64,000 nucleotides of DNA, taken from Eledone cirrhosa. Taxonomy: Eukaryota. Each line of letters opens with the position of its first letter. Position 1 is the first letter of the stretch. Shown one piece after another: positions 27,333 through 41,744 of this stretch. The translations under genes were made by a program, and so were the position numbers. The notes under the pieces were generated by a model. The model was not told the DNA's origin, ran no database searches, and saw only the letters and a program-made list of their open reading frames with translations. The stretch spans positions 103,168,001 to 103,232,000 of the forward strand of contig OZ024742.1 of NCBI GenBank assembly GCA_964016885.1. The letters run 5' to 3'.

Positions 27333-28942
27333 GTACGTCGAGTAACCAGGTTGAGGTTGCACGTGGACTTGAAAACTGTTAGGTTGATGCAGAAGAGTTT
27401 CTTTCTTTCTTAGTGAGTCTACAGCATAGGGGTTAAAGAATTAATAGAGGCTGCGCTCCTACGATGGTCTCATGAACGTAGCCAATTCTGAGAGAGAAAG
27501 ATAAGGAGGGGCGATAGTAGGAAACAGCCCCAATACTTGATTGCTACTCTATCCACTAAAGGTATAAAAGTCAAAGTCAACCTCGACAGGATTTGAACTC
27601 TGTATACTGAGGTTCGGAAGAGGGACCATTTTATTCGACCCTCTAACGACCCTATTAAATCGCAGACTTAAAGATCTAGTGTGGGCGTTATATCGTAGTC
27701 TATTATTTCGGTTCTGAATTCTATTCCAACGGGGGCCAATGAAATATATACTCTATAAACTACAATAAAAGACCTATAACTCGACTAATCCCCACCATTT
27801 AGTGGGGACATTGCTAAGATCTATATATTAAGTTGCATGAATGTATGAACCCGTAACTCATGGTGGAGTCGTAATGACATACGGTGTGTCTTGGACAGTT
27901 TACATCTTAACACAGTCGACTTCTTCCAAAGAAAGAAATGAGAAAGAGATATAGAGGGAGAATCGACCCCAGTATTGCACTGGAATGTTTATTATAGACC
28001 CCATCAGCTGAAAAGCAAAGTCGACCTCAGAGGGATTTGAACGCACAGCACAGAGAACCGGAAGGTCAATTTAGTTGTAATGATTAGTTTACCTTTTTGC
28101 ACTCTAAAATGATCAGAAAATGCAATTTGAGTTCAAGCAGATCATATCACATTTACAACTTTCAATAATTATAAAGTGATTATTGCAAAATTACATATGA
28201 AATCTGTCTCTGAATACTAGCAATTGGTAAATAGTGATATGTGGAGAACAAGTTACATGACAAAGATATTTACTATGAAAGTTAACATAATATATTACTG
28301 TTATTATCAAATATCAATTAAGATATTAAAAAAACTTTGATATCCGATAAACGTATGTACATAAATTGTAGCGCATATACAAATAGATGGGAGTTTTAAT
28401 AGTTTGGGGAGAAAAATATAATTGTTGAGGGTGGGGGTGGCCCATTCCACCGGCCCTTCATATAGATTTTTCTATGAGAAGAGATTGTCGACTCTGGTTT
28501 AAGGGTCATTGGGAGTAATAAGTGGAATTTGGACTGATAACTTAAAGGGACGTAACTAAATATCATAAAGCCATTATGTCCGATACTCTAACGGTTCTGC
28601 TAATCCATGATTAACCAGTTAGAAATGTCAGTCAAATATCCCTCAAATCACAAGAAAAAAAAAACAATGCTAGACAAGTTGTGAATACTCAATACACTGG
28701 CGGAAAGAATTGACGAGATGGTCACGGCTGGAAAAGTCAGACGTTCGTCATAATCATCATCATCCTCATCGTCATCAACGATGATGAGGAACAAATTCTA
28801 ATATTTTACTTTGCTTGTAACTATTTAACTTTTCCTTATATACTTCAGATATGAAATAGAACAGACAGACATTTTATGTAATGATTTTTAATTCATTAGC
28901 AATCTTATCAGCTTAGTAAGGAGAGAGAGAGAGAGAGAGAGC

Positions 28943-28998
<56 letters not shown>

Positions 28999-29503
28999 CT
29001 ATGTATGTGTCGATTGTTTAACAGCACATCGACATGCAAAAGAATTTTGCCGATTAAGAGGCGCCGTATGATGTAATAGCCCGCCAAAATTACGGTTAGA
29101 TAGTGTATTGGCGGGAGAGTGACTGAATTGTTGTTAAAGAGCAACCACGTGCTGTCTAGTTAGTTACAGCACATGCTTGCCAACACATGATTCTGACTGG
29201 ACAGAAATTGTAAATAACAGCACACACTTAGCAAATCAATTACCATGAAACAGCAGATTAAGTTCATCCTATACTGAATAATCAGTTTAACCCGTCAAAG
29301 CACACACATACACATACACGTACACATACACACATAATACACACAAATACACTCACACACACACACTCACACACACATTCACACATACATATACACACAA
29401 ATATACATACACATACACACACACATTCACTCACATAGACACTCACATACACATACTCAGACACACACACACATACACACATACACGCACTCACGCCTAG
29501 CAA

Positions 29504-29504
<1 letters not shown>

Positions 29505-29572
<68 letters not shown>

Positions 29573-29609
29573 GTTACTGCTGCTGCTGCTGCTGCTACTA
29601 CTACTACTG

Positions 29610-29651
<42 letters not shown>

Positions 29652-29675
29652 TTACTACTACTGTTACTGCTGCTG

Positions 29676-29740
<65 letters not shown>

Positions 29741-29765
29741 GCTGCTCCTGCTGCTGCTGGTGCTG

Positions 29766-29800
<35 letters not shown>

Positions 29801-30540
29801 GCTGCTGTTGCTGTTACTGCTGCTGCTACTGCTACTACTACGACGACGACAACGACGACCACCACCACCGCTACCACCACCACCATCACAACCACCACCA
29901 CCACGACCACCACCACCACCACCAACACCACCACCACCACCATCACAACCAGCATCATCACCACTACCACCACCACCAACACCACCACCATCACAACCAC
30001 CACCATCACAACCACTACCACCACCACCAACACCAACACCAACACCACCACCATCACAACCACCACCACCATCACAACCACTACCACCATCACAACCACC
30101 ACCATCACCACCACCATCACAACCACCACCACCACCACCACCACCACCACCACCACCATCACAACCACCACCACCATCACAACCACCACCACCATCACAA
30201 CCACCACCATCACCACCACCATCACAACCACCACCACCACCACCACCACCACCACCACAACCACCACCACCATCACAACCACCACCACCATCACAACCAC
30301 CACCATCACAACCACCACCACCACCACCACCACCATCACAACCACCACCACCACCACCACCACCACCACCACCATCACAACCACCACCACCATCACAACC
30401 ACCACCACCACCACTACCACCACCACCATCACAACCACCACCACCACCATCACAACCACCACCACCATCACAACCACCACCACCATCACCACCACCATCA
30501 CAACCACCACCACCACCACCACCACAACCACAACCACCAG
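29505..30540. repeat. Compound trinucleotide tract (CTA)n/(CTG)n grading into (CCA)n-TCACAA units
   Basis: Directly visible. Confidence 0.9.
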
Positions 30541-30714
30541 CAATAAGATACTTTTACCTGTCAAAATTGTAAATGGGTCTCCGTCGGTTTCGACAATGAG
30601 TATTCTATTGAATATAAGTTAGTGAAAGTGGCTGAGCATCCCTTGAAATACTTGTAACGTTTAATGCAGAATCAACATGACAGAAGGTGACAAACTCTTA
30701 CTATGACATCGTAA

Positions 30715-30729
30715 GCAAACACACATACA

Positions 30730-30761
<32 letters not shown>

Positions 30762-30889
30762 TACACACATACACACACACATACACAAACAGCTACCGAG
30801 ATTCTACAACACACATCCACATGCACATACATTCACACACACATACATCCACATACAAACACATTCACAAACAGCTACGGACCTTCTAC

Positions 30890-30950
<61 letters not shown>

Positions 30951-31520
30951 CTACAGCTACCGACCTACAACACACTCACACACACATCAACCGACCTTCT
31001 ACAACACACATACACACACGCATACTAACACTCACCGATACACAGTCTCACACACACACCTATCAACCTACTACGACACATACACCTGCACACACGCACA
31101 CACACACACACTGACGCACACGCACACATACACTCGCACACTCACACATACTCACACTTATACACACATCTATCAACCTACTACGACACATACATACGCA
31201 CACACTCACACACACTCACACACCTATCAACCTATTACGACTCACACATACTCTCACACACGCACACACACACACACACACTCACACACATATCAATCTA
31301 CTACGACACATACATTCGCACACACTCTCACACATACACACACACTCACACACATGCACACTCACACACACGCACACACACTTATACACATAGACCTATC
31401 AACCTACTACGACTTACATACACTCGCACACGCAGACTCACACTCACTCACTCACACTTTGAGATACACCCACCAACCTACTACGACTCACATACATCCG
31501 CGCACACACACACACACATA
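30715..31520. repeat. (CA)n tract punctuated by a recurring CTATCAACCTACTACGAC spacer
   Basis: The spacer recurs at ~31060, 31170, 31224, 31290, 31396 and 31470. Confidence 0.8.
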
Positions 31521-31755
31521 CAGCATCATTGCTCACAACCTCTCCCTTACTCACCACACCTCTATCACCCTCCCTACCAACCCAGTCTTATTCCTCAGCT
31601 TCATGCCTTGTTTAAATGTCATCAAAATAAATGTATCCTAAAAGATAAAAGAAGCTATTTTTATCCTGTCACAATATTCGACCTTTTATTTCATTAAGGT
31701 GTGTGCTATAAAAAGCAAGAGGTAAGCGGTAAAGCTTGGACAATTACAGCACAGT

Positions 31756-31940
31756 GTTTCTACTTTTGGCACAATGCCAGCAATTACCTCAGCGTATTAC
31801 TGGTACTTTATTTTATCGACCCCGTACGGATGAAAGGCAAAGTTATCCTCGGCGAGATTTGAACTCAGATCATAAAGGACCGTAACTCTTTGCTGCAAAG
31901 CATGACGTCCGACCCTCTACCGATACAGCCAATCCACTGC
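31756..31940 (-). mobile_element. tRNA-derived SINE (family 1) with a perfect 15-bp TSD
   Basis: CAATTACAGCACAGT at 31741-31755 and 31941-31955 flanks the SINE. Confidence 0.9.
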
Positions 31941-31955
31941 CAATTACAGCACAGT

Positions 31956-32440
31956 TTAGGTCGACACACCACCATAAATAATGTCATCAGAGGGATCCTC
32001 GACGCGACCGGTTTTCCATCACAATTGGAGCCTGTCGGCCTCGACCGTGGTGATAGTATGTTCCCAGACGTGATAACCCCTTTCCCGTTCGAGGAGTAGG
32101 GGTAAATTCTCTAATCTAGGACGCCACGTGCTGCGAAACTTTCTTCGCATCCAGCCTTGTCGCTTCGGCCACAAACCCAGGAACTACTGACCGGGACTTG
32201 ACCAACCGCTTATTTTTTGTGCCGGTCGCCGTCGAGCTCTCGGATGTCCTGAACTCCGTAAAATTGAGAGGAGTGCACCCCGTTTGTAGAAGGAACCGCT
32301 CGGAGAGTTGGAGTGGCTGATGCAGCGGATTTTACTGGCTGGTCACTGCTGCAATACCCTTACAAAGATACACCGCCGACATGTGTGTAGAGTCTGCCAC
32401 CCCTCCATGAAATTATTTATTATTGCTTTTCAATAAATAT
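31956..32440 (+). pseudogene. 3' fragment of a CRE-like non-LTR retrotransposon (restriction-like endonuclease domain)
   Basis: RHTTINNVIRGILDATGFPSQLEPVGLDRGDSMFPDVITPFPF, then out-of-frame LIxDATCCETF and FFVPVAVELS. Matches the RH...EP.GL...PD...WD...F.P.A.E pattern. Confidence 0.7.
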
Positions 32441-33260
32441 ATTAAACCGTTATTACTGAATCGCTTCAGTCACCAGGTTAATACCCACAGCCCGCGGCTG
32501 GGTATTTAGAGCCCTAAACTAGCTCTACAATGTGTGCCACCTCCCGGTTATACACCTAATTCAACAAATAAAATAATTCCAACTTACAATCTGGTATACT
32601 GACTAACTTGATTGAGTTCTGGACAAAATGGTGTGCGTATGTCCTTTTACTTTTATGTTAAAATTACGTCAAGTTCAACTTTGTCTTCATCCTTCTGGAG
32701 TCGATAAGAGAAAGTATCAGTGATGTATCGAGGCGGTTAAATTAACTCCACCGCAACCTCGTCAGAAAGTGTGAGGCCTTGCTAGAAACAATTAATATTT
32801 GATATAATCCACTAGAATCCTAGTCATATCAACTTCTACTTTTCTCAAATATGACACTTGGTTATTTAGTGTCCTAGGCTAGCTTTGCAATTTTAGCTTC
32901 TTACTCTGACCTCATTAAGAAAATTACTAGGCATGCATTTTCCACTACACAGTTCAAACTCCCAAGCCAAATCATGTAACAAGTCATACGTTCCTCTCCA
33001 CCGATTTTGATATTTTCTGGATATTGTATATATTTGTAAGTTATATATATGTCTTTGTGTTTCGTTTTTAGATCAACACCTATTATTAGAGGAATTGTGT
33101 CTGTTTTTGTCATCCATATTCAGGTTATTTATATCTCTGGATCTTTACATTTGGATAATTTCTCCATTTCCTTGATATATATATTGTCGTCTGTGAAGGT
33201 TGATGTGTCATGATGTCTGTGCCCATGCGAATATGCGTGTTTGTGTATATGTATATATGC

Positions 33261-33292
<32 letters not shown>

Positions 33293-33306
33293 GTATGTAT
33301 GTATGT

Positions 33307-35480
33307 TCTTCTGGTTTTATAATTTCACAAATTTTTGCCAATAGAGCGAGAGAGTCGGTTTCTAACATAGGCACAAGACTCTCTCATTGGAATTTACACA
33401 TCAACTAGGTAGATATGTCTGCATGTCTGCATGCATGTGTATATTTTGAGTTGTATGTGTGCATGTGTATATGCTTAGTATCTGTACATGTGTATATGCA
33501 GTTATTAGATGCAACATTTTTGAAATGTTTTACATATTTTTACTGTTCTATTAATGGATTGTACTTGTAGTTTCCTAACTAGTTGTGTTCTTTCTGTTCC
33601 TGTGAAGCCTAGCTTTTCAAGATTTGTATTGACGCAGTTACTAACATATCCCAGTGTCCCAATAATCACAGGCATACATCTGAAGGTGTAATCAGGGTGG
33701 AGTATCTGCAGATTTCTCATCAGTTCTGCATAAATATTCTCCTTTTCGCTAATCTTTGATATTATATTGGCATCTGCTGGGCAGCTAATTTCCACTACTG
33801 TGCATGTTTTCTTCTCCCTGTCCCATATCATAATATCTGGTCTGTTATGCCTGCATTTTATTGGGGTTTTTACTGGAACATTCCACCAGTACTCTTTCAT
33901 ATTATGTAGCTTTTAATGTGTTTATTATCGGGGCTATCTTTTCTACGGATTGCATTGTACAGTGTTTTGGCCACTGCATCATGCCTCATAGGTAGATAGT
34001 ACCGCGGTGACATCTTTGGACAGCTGCTTATGACATGGGTGACATATTCGATGTTAATTCTGCAGAGTCTGTACTTGTTATCACATCTAGGTCTTTTGCC
34101 TGCATCCCTATCTCTTTTGTGAATCAGGTATTTCGTGTTGATTTCCTGTTCTTGGATTGCAAAAGCGTATCCTTCAAAGTGGGAGCCAATATAGCGGTTG
34201 TTGGTCCAAGAAAGACTACTTTCTTTATCTACATTACTCTCACTCTGGAGCTTCTTGGCAACATATCCATGCATGATTTTTTGCTGATAGGCATGCAGTT
34301 TTTCATCCATGGATTCACTGCTATACTGCTGAGCAACTTCTCTGGGTGTGAGTTTTTGATTATCACACAGGGAATACTTCTCGAGGAGTTCCTTCCCAAC
34401 TCTCATGATCTTGTCTGTTTCATGCAGATAGACTTGCTCGAGAGACGGGCTCCTACGCTTTGAGGTTCGTAGATGTTGTCGGAGGGATATGATGCGACAT
34501 TTAAATGCTGTCTGGACTGATGTTAGGCCTCTGACTCCCTGCTTACATTTCAAGTAAAGGCGGTCTATGTCACTGTTGGTGTGGAAGTTTCCGGTGTTGT
34601 TTAGTATTTTTCGAGTTCTAACATCAATCGTTCGGATTTCGTCTATCGTCCAATTGAGTATTCCAAAAGTTGGTGTTAGGACAGGCACAGCAAACACATT
34701 GTGAACCACTGTTTTGTTTTGTGCAAAGAGTTCCGATGACCATATCTTTCTTAATCGGGTGTAGTATTCCCTGGTTACGCGTTCCTTATTACAGATACCA
34801 TTATAGGATATGCTCTCATCTATCCCCAGGTATCTGTAGTAGTCCTCATCAGATATCGATGAAACAGTTAGACCATTGATGACAATGTTGCTAGATTGGG
34901 TTGTTGTTTTACCCGGCTTTACATTTATCTTGGCCAAACTCCATTCCTATATCCTTTGAGAATGTTGTAACCAGGTCAAGATTTTTCTTCATCCCATCCA
35001 TGTTCTTGGCATAGAAATTATGGGTTAGGTTCGTATTTCTTTCCCCCTGCGAGCCAATGATCTATCCCTCACATTTCTTGAGCAGAAAGGACAAGGAGTT
35101 TAATGACAGGATGAATAATATCACAGAGAGACTGTCTCCCTGAAATATACCCCTGCGATATTTTATTTTATCAGTGAAAATAGAGTGCTCCTTCTCTGTC
35201 TTTAACTCTGTCTTTAGGATAGTAGCCCAAGAAGAAGACAGCTTCTCTATGGCTCTGACAAGTCAGGGGGCCTCTATCATCCAAGAGTGGGGAACATAAT
35301 CGAAAGCTTTCCTGTAGTCCAGCCAGACTGTAGCCATATTCCTTCTAAGTTGTCGCACCCCCGACATCGCAGTTTTGTTGATTAGGAGTTGTTCAGCACA
35401 CCCTAAACTCCTTTCTTTCCAGCTGCTTGTTCATCTGTGATGATGTTATTATTTTCACAGTGATCTTGGAGGAATAGGTT
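33307..35480 (-). mobile_element. 5'-truncated R4/Dong-like non-LTR retrotransposon (RT + CCHC + RLE), degraded
   Basis: WLDYRKAFDYVPHSW, RGIFQGDSLS, YRYLGIDE, HTNSDIDRLYL, RLC...HVISSC...RHD and HNRPDIMIWD...VVEISCP. The 3' end abuts (CATA)n and the 5' end lies near (TATG)n. Confidence 0.88.
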
Positions 35481-35650
35481 CAGGCAGGCTGTATACATCT
35501 TATGTATGTATGTATGTGTGTATGTATGCATGTATGTGTGTATGTATGTATGCATGTATGTATATATGCATATATGTATGTATATGTGCGTATGTATGTA
35601 TGTATGTATGTATGTATGTATGTATGTATGTATGTATGTATGTGTGTGTG

Positions 35651-35738
<88 letters not shown>

Positions 35739-35873
35739 AATATATACACAGTTCTAGTCATGTAGAAGTCATTTCTATATTAAATATTTATACTTTGCTA
35801 TGTATTGAGTACCTTACTTACTTGGCTACCTTACTTACGTCAATATAACCCGGGATACACACACGCACGCACG

Positions 35874-35904
<31 letters not shown>

Positions 35905-35958
35905 ATTATAATGAAATGACAGGAGGCTGGATTTGTGTAAATCCTTGAAAGGTTTATT

Positions 35959-36016
35959 ATACTATGATCATTTCAATGACCGGGTTCCGTATGAATCCGG
36001 TGATATCATCAGGTAT
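35959..36016 (-). ncRNA. Type I hammerhead ribozyme motif (family A)
   Basis: Minus strand reads atac-CTGATGA-tatcaccggattcatacggaacccggtcatt-GAAA-tgatca-TA-gtat, followed by AATAAA. Confidence 0.75.
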
Positions 36017-38268
36017 TCGAAATATAATACGTGAATGTAATAGATAAAATCCATGGGGCTGAAAATCGAGGACCCGAGGGCGACCTCTATTCAGCACCTT
36101 CTACCTTTGCCGGTCGCCCTCGAGTGACGTGGCTAAAGCTTACAGTGTGCTACTACCGGTCAGATAATGAAAACAGAAAGGGATGGGAACATAAGTTAGC
36201 GTTAATCTCATGCCACAAGAAAAAAGAAAGAAAGGAAGAAGAGAGAAGAAGGGGGAAGAAAGAAGAGAAGCCAGGGTTAATGTCAGCTATAAGAAGAAAG
36301 ACAGAAAGAAAGAGGAGGAAAGGTCGGTATTACAGTCAGGCCAGGTTTGTCGCGAAGAAATTTTTTTATTCTAAGGGACCCGTATCTTAACAACTACTAC
36401 CGGTCAAATATAGGCAAACAAAAAGGGGAAGGAAGATAAGTCTGCGGGAGGAAGACAGAAAGAAGGGAGAAGAGAAGGAAGAAAAGGAAGAAGTAGAAAA
36501 GTCAGGGTTGATGGCTACAAGAAGAAAGATAGAAAGAAAGAGGAAGAAAGGTCGATATTAATGTCAGACTACAGTCAGGCCAGGAGTGGCGCGAAAAAAT
36601 TTTCACAGGGACCCGTATCTTAGCAGAGGTAAATATAGTGGGGGTCAGTGTGTTATAATGTGTGACCAGAAGATTGGAACGTTACGTTTTTGTTTAGACT
36701 TATAGGATGAAGTTAAAAATTAATAATTAATATTCAATATTAAAGAAATTAGAAAATTTAAAGTTAAACAGTTTAACATTTTAAGGTTGATATATCCAAT
36801 AGTTCTGATTTGATCTGTAATTTAAAGGTACTATGTGGCGGTTAAAAAACCGGCCGCGCTCCGGGCCCCCGGGGCGAATCAGACCACTCCGAGTAGTTTC
36901 ATTTACCGAAAGAAGGGGAAATTTATTTTTCCAAGCACTCAAGGTAGGCCTATGCGCCCGGGGGCCGTTCCGTTCGCCAGGAAAACCCACCCAACAGTCC
37001 GACAGAAAGTTGGAACGTTAAAATATTGTTTAAATTTATAGGGTGAAGTTGAAAGAATTCAGAATAACACTATAAAATTAAAGAGTAAGAAGATTGAGAA
37101 TTGAACAAACAGAAAATTGAAAATTAAACATTTAAAAAAACTTTTTTAAGGTTTTGGGTTGCGGGGTTTAGTTAAAGAGAGTCTTTTATGAAGAAACGTT
37201 AATTGTATTATGTAGATCTATAATTTATCCTAGTGGGATGTATAGTAAGGGATATAGTCGGGTCATATTTATTTTTGTTCTCAGGGGGAGACATTCTAGT
37301 GTCGTGTGCTAATGGGTACAAGTAAGCAAAAGTCCCAATAGGAGGAGTAGAAATACATGGATACATAGAAGTGGAATACGTGGAAAAGCACATTGATAAA
37401 GCAAAGGTATAAATATATAAATATATAAATATATAAATATAAATATATAAATAAACCAACAAGAGTGGTGGTGGAGTGAGATGGCGAAATCAAGACATAC
37501 GAGAAGTACAATATAGTTCAGGTTGCGGTATTTATGTTCCCAGGGGGAGACATTCCAGTGTCGTGTACTAAGGGTACACGCGAGTAAAAGTCCGAATAAG
37601 GGAAGTAAAATGTACATGGATGTATAGAAGTAGAATACGTGGAAAAAGCATTAATACAGCAAATAAAGATATAAAGATATAAATAAACAAACAAGAGTGG
37701 TTGTGGAGTAAATGGAGAGTTCAAGACACAGGAGAAATACAATATAATTCAAGTTGCAGTCAGATAATGCATATAGATGTGGAAATGGAATCAGTGTGTG
37801 TTCGAGTCTGGGAATTCAGTGTGAGTTATACATGCCCAGAAGTATAGGGTAGCGAATTTACTCAATACAGTACAGTACAATACATGTTATGGTATAATCC
37901 GTAGAGTTTCGTCGAAGTCTGAATATTCTGAGAGGGAAGTAGCAATGGGCCAGGTTGGCGGTAGGCAAAAACACTGATCAGCCAAAGTCCGAATGGTGGT
38001 TAGATATATTCAGTCCCATGCCGCTGTTCATTATTACATTTGGAAGTGCTCAACATTTCAGGAGCATTATTTATTCAGGTTTGAGGTTCACCACTGGATA
38101 GAGCTGGTCAATTCCGTATGGTCAAACGCAATGTAATAATATAGAGAGTACTCAACGTAAAGCAGTTCAACCGTCTTTGTTTTTGTAGTTGGTGGTGCTA
38201 TTACGGAGTTAAATATTATAATGAAATGACAGGAGGCTGGATTTGTGTAAATCCTTGAAAGGTTTATT

Positions 38269-38326
38269 ATACTATGATCATTTCAATGACCGGGTTCCGT
38301 ATGAATCCGGTGATATCATCAGGTAT
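38269..38326 (-). ncRNA. Type I hammerhead ribozyme motif (family A)
   Basis: Identical to 35959-36016. Confidence 0.75.
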
Positions 38327-38526
38327 TCGAAATATAATACGTGAATGTAATAGATAAAATCCATGGGGCTGAAAATCGAGGACCCGGTAGTAGCACACTG
38401 TAAGCTTTAGCCACGTCACTCGAGGGCGACCGGCAAAGGTAGAAGGTGCTGAATAGCGGTCGCCCTCGGGTCCTCGATTTTCAGCCCCATGGATTTTATT
38501 TATTACATTCACGTATTATATTTCGA

Positions 38527-38584
38527 ATACCTGATGATATCACCGGATTCATACGGAACCCGGTCATTGAAATGATCATAGTAT
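38527..38584 (+). ncRNA. Type I hammerhead ribozyme motif (family A, inverted copy)
   Basis: CTGATGA 38531-38537, GAAA 38569-38572, palindromic ATGATCAT, predicted cleavage after AUA at 38580, stem I atac/gtat. Confidence 0.75.
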
Positions 38585-38775
38585 AATAAACCTTTCAAGG
38601 ATTTACACAAATCCAGCCTCCTGTCATTTCATTATAATATTTAACTCCGTAATAGCACCACCAACTACAAAAACAAAGACGGTTGAACTGCTTTACGTTG
38701 AGTACTCTCTATATTATTACATTGCGATTGACCATACGGAATTGACCAGTTCTATCCAGTGGTGAACCTCAAACC

Positions 38776-38883
<108 letters not shown>

Positions 38884-39046
38884 CACACATATATATATAT
38901 ATAATTGAGTAAAATGACAGGAGGCCCTACCACCAAGATTCAACTTCAAAGATGGATGAGTTGCATAACGTCGAGTGCTTTCCTAATGTTATATCATGAT
39001 TATTCGTAATGACCAGTTCTATCCATTGGTTAACCACCACACTTAA

Positions 39047-39084
<38 letters not shown>

Positions 39085-39281
39085 ATATGGGGTCCCCACT
39101 CTTTTCCTATATATATATATAGAGAGAGAGAGAGATTTTGAGTTTATGTTGGTTGTATACCAACACCTCAGTATGCAGGCTGGAGCACACGACGAAGTGC
39201 GCAGGTTGGTTTGGTTACTCCGGAGTAGTGTAAAATAAAGTTAAATAAAAGTCAAATGATTAAAATTTAGCTTCGTTTATT

Positions 39282-39336
39282 ACTGCTATATATATTTCAG
39301 TGACAGCCATCTTTGGCTGTGACCTCTTCAGGCAGT
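39282..39336 (-). ncRNA. Type I hammerhead ribozyme motif (family B); the inverted partner at 39462-39503 (+) runs into (TA)n
   Basis: actgc-CTGAAGA-ggtcacagcca-aaga-tggctgtcact-GAAA-tatata-TA-gcagt, then AATAAA. Confidence 0.78.
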
Positions 39337-39500
39337 TTGAATTAGTATGGTATAGACAAGTACATATGTTGTTTAGGTGTATAATATTGTCAATACTCTG
39401 ATATGCCCAGTTCCTTGTTGGGTTGTTAATTCACTGAGGAACATTGTACTTGTCTATACAAACTGCCTGAAGAGGTCACAGCCAAAGATGGCTGTCACTG

Positions 39501-39702
<202 letters not shown>

Positions 39703-40170
39703 CACACACACACATACACACACATATATATAAATATATATATATACATACATACATAACTGGCTCCATCCCAACTCTATTAAAAACATCTCACTGCACC
39801 CGACTTCCTATTTTCTCCCGCCGCTCGCTTTCGCTCTTCCATGACTTCGTACCAGACAACATACCCGACCTTTCTTCCTCAAAAGTGCATCCCTCAACCC
39901 ACCACAGCCATCTATTGCCATCAATTGCTTAACCTTCAACAGAACTGGCAAGCTGTTATTATTATTAGTCTTTTCATACATGCTTTCCTAAAACTAGGTG
40001 CGGTGGCAGAAGGATATGTAAAACGATTTTTTAATACACTTCCATATTAGAGGGTGCAAACTGAAAAACCAAAGGGGTCTGTGTGCGCTTCTAGCTATTT
40101 CAAGCGTTAAACTAATATATTTCTTCAATGTACTGTGTCGTTTGCATTGTGTTATTTCTGTTTACTTTAC

Positions 40171-40269
<99 letters not shown>

Positions 40270-40601
40270 CATACACACGCACATATTATACATACATATA
40301 TATTATAAAGAGTCGGGAGCCGACGGTTGAGCTCTTGCCGTTTCAATAGCTAATTCCAGATTGATTGCCGAAGGGCTTGACGGTTTACTGGCAGTATCGT
40401 CAGGGAGGGGGTGTGGTTTGCTCAAATAAAGGTATACATCCAAAGGGGTAGTTGCTCTAAAATTTGATCTACTTTGAACATAAACTATCGTAGTGTTAGA
40501 TTGATTTAAAATTCTAAGAAAATGTCGAAATACCAAACGCAGAAAATAATGGCAGTCAGCAGGTTAAACTACTACTATCTTAATAACAGTTATAACCAGC
40601 A

Positions 40602-40659
<58 letters not shown>

Positions 40660-40753
40660 GTAGAACACTGGAAGGTAATATCCGTAGTGGTAGAGCACTC
40701 AGTCCAAGGGACGAGTTAGGTAGTAGTGGTTACACTACAGTTAGTTCACCATA

Positions 40754-40793
40754 CCGAGAACAATTGTTTCACCTTCGCGGATCTTCAGCTCGG
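40754..40793 (-). ncRNA. Minimal type I hammerhead motif (family C), left arm of inverted repeat 40725-40910
   Basis: Reverse complement of 40842-40881. Confidence 0.72.
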
Positions 40794-40841
40794 GATGTGT
40801 ATTGAACAGGAAGGACACCTGTTCCTATAACCATACACATC

Positions 40842-40881
40842 CCGAGCTGAAGATCCGCGAAGGTGAAACAATTGTTCTCGG
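40842..40881 (+). ncRNA. Minimal type I hammerhead motif (family C), right arm
   Basis: ccgag-CTGAAGA-tccgcgaaggt-GAAA-caattg-TT-ctcgg, with palindromic ACAATTGT and a GUU triplet. Confidence 0.72.
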
Positions 40882-40909
40882 TATGGTGAACTAACTGTAG
40901 TGTAACCAC

Positions 40910-40977
<68 letters not shown>

Positions 40978-41054
40978 CGAAGGAAATGTGGTAAGGAACC
41001 AGGTGGACCATAACGCACCAAAGTACTCAATACTTAGGGTAGTAGAGTGGGTAA

Positions 41055-41164
41055 TAGGAACAAGTAAGACCCCAACGGCTGAGCTCAAGACGTTTCGACG
41101 GCTAATTCTGGACTGGATTAGCCGTCGAGACGGCTTGAGCTCAGCCGTCGGGGTCTTACTTGTT

Positions 41165-41169
<5 letters not shown>
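41055..41169. repeat. Fold-back repeat (~52-bp arms) carrying only the 3' half of a hammerhead motif
   Basis: Arm consensus gccgtc-GAAA-cggcttgagctcagccg-TC-ggggtc. No CUGANGA in the arms. Flanked by (TA)n. Confidence 0.6.
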
Positions 41170-41230
<61 letters not shown>

Positions 41231-41603
41231 CGTATCGTATATATAGAATCATTAGAACATCTGACTGATAAAATGACAAGTCAGTCAATCATATTGGTGG
41301 CTTCCCCACAGCCCCTGCGGACAGAATGTAGAGCGCGTTTCCCCAGAGGACGACAAGGGTGACGCGCTGGAAGGTATACATTATTTAATCAATTGTAAAT
41401 TCTCTTCAGATAAGTGTTATTTTTTCAAATATGGTCAGGGAGTGGTTGTGTGTGTAGATATCTGGCTTAGGGGATGTTTATATGTGTGTGTGCGTTCATA
41501 TGCGCATCCGAGTGTATCTGCTTGGTCAGCTTGAGATAGAATAATCGTGGAGTAGGGTGGAATTATACTTTTCGAAAATATATATTTGTGTGTGTGTGTG
41601 TGC

Positions 41604-41744
<141 letters not shown>

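Noticed and set aside
29497-31641. Poly-V, poly-L/P and HT-repeat ORFs
   Set aside because: Microsatellite translations. The same applies to all YI, CV and HT ORFs elsewhere in the window.
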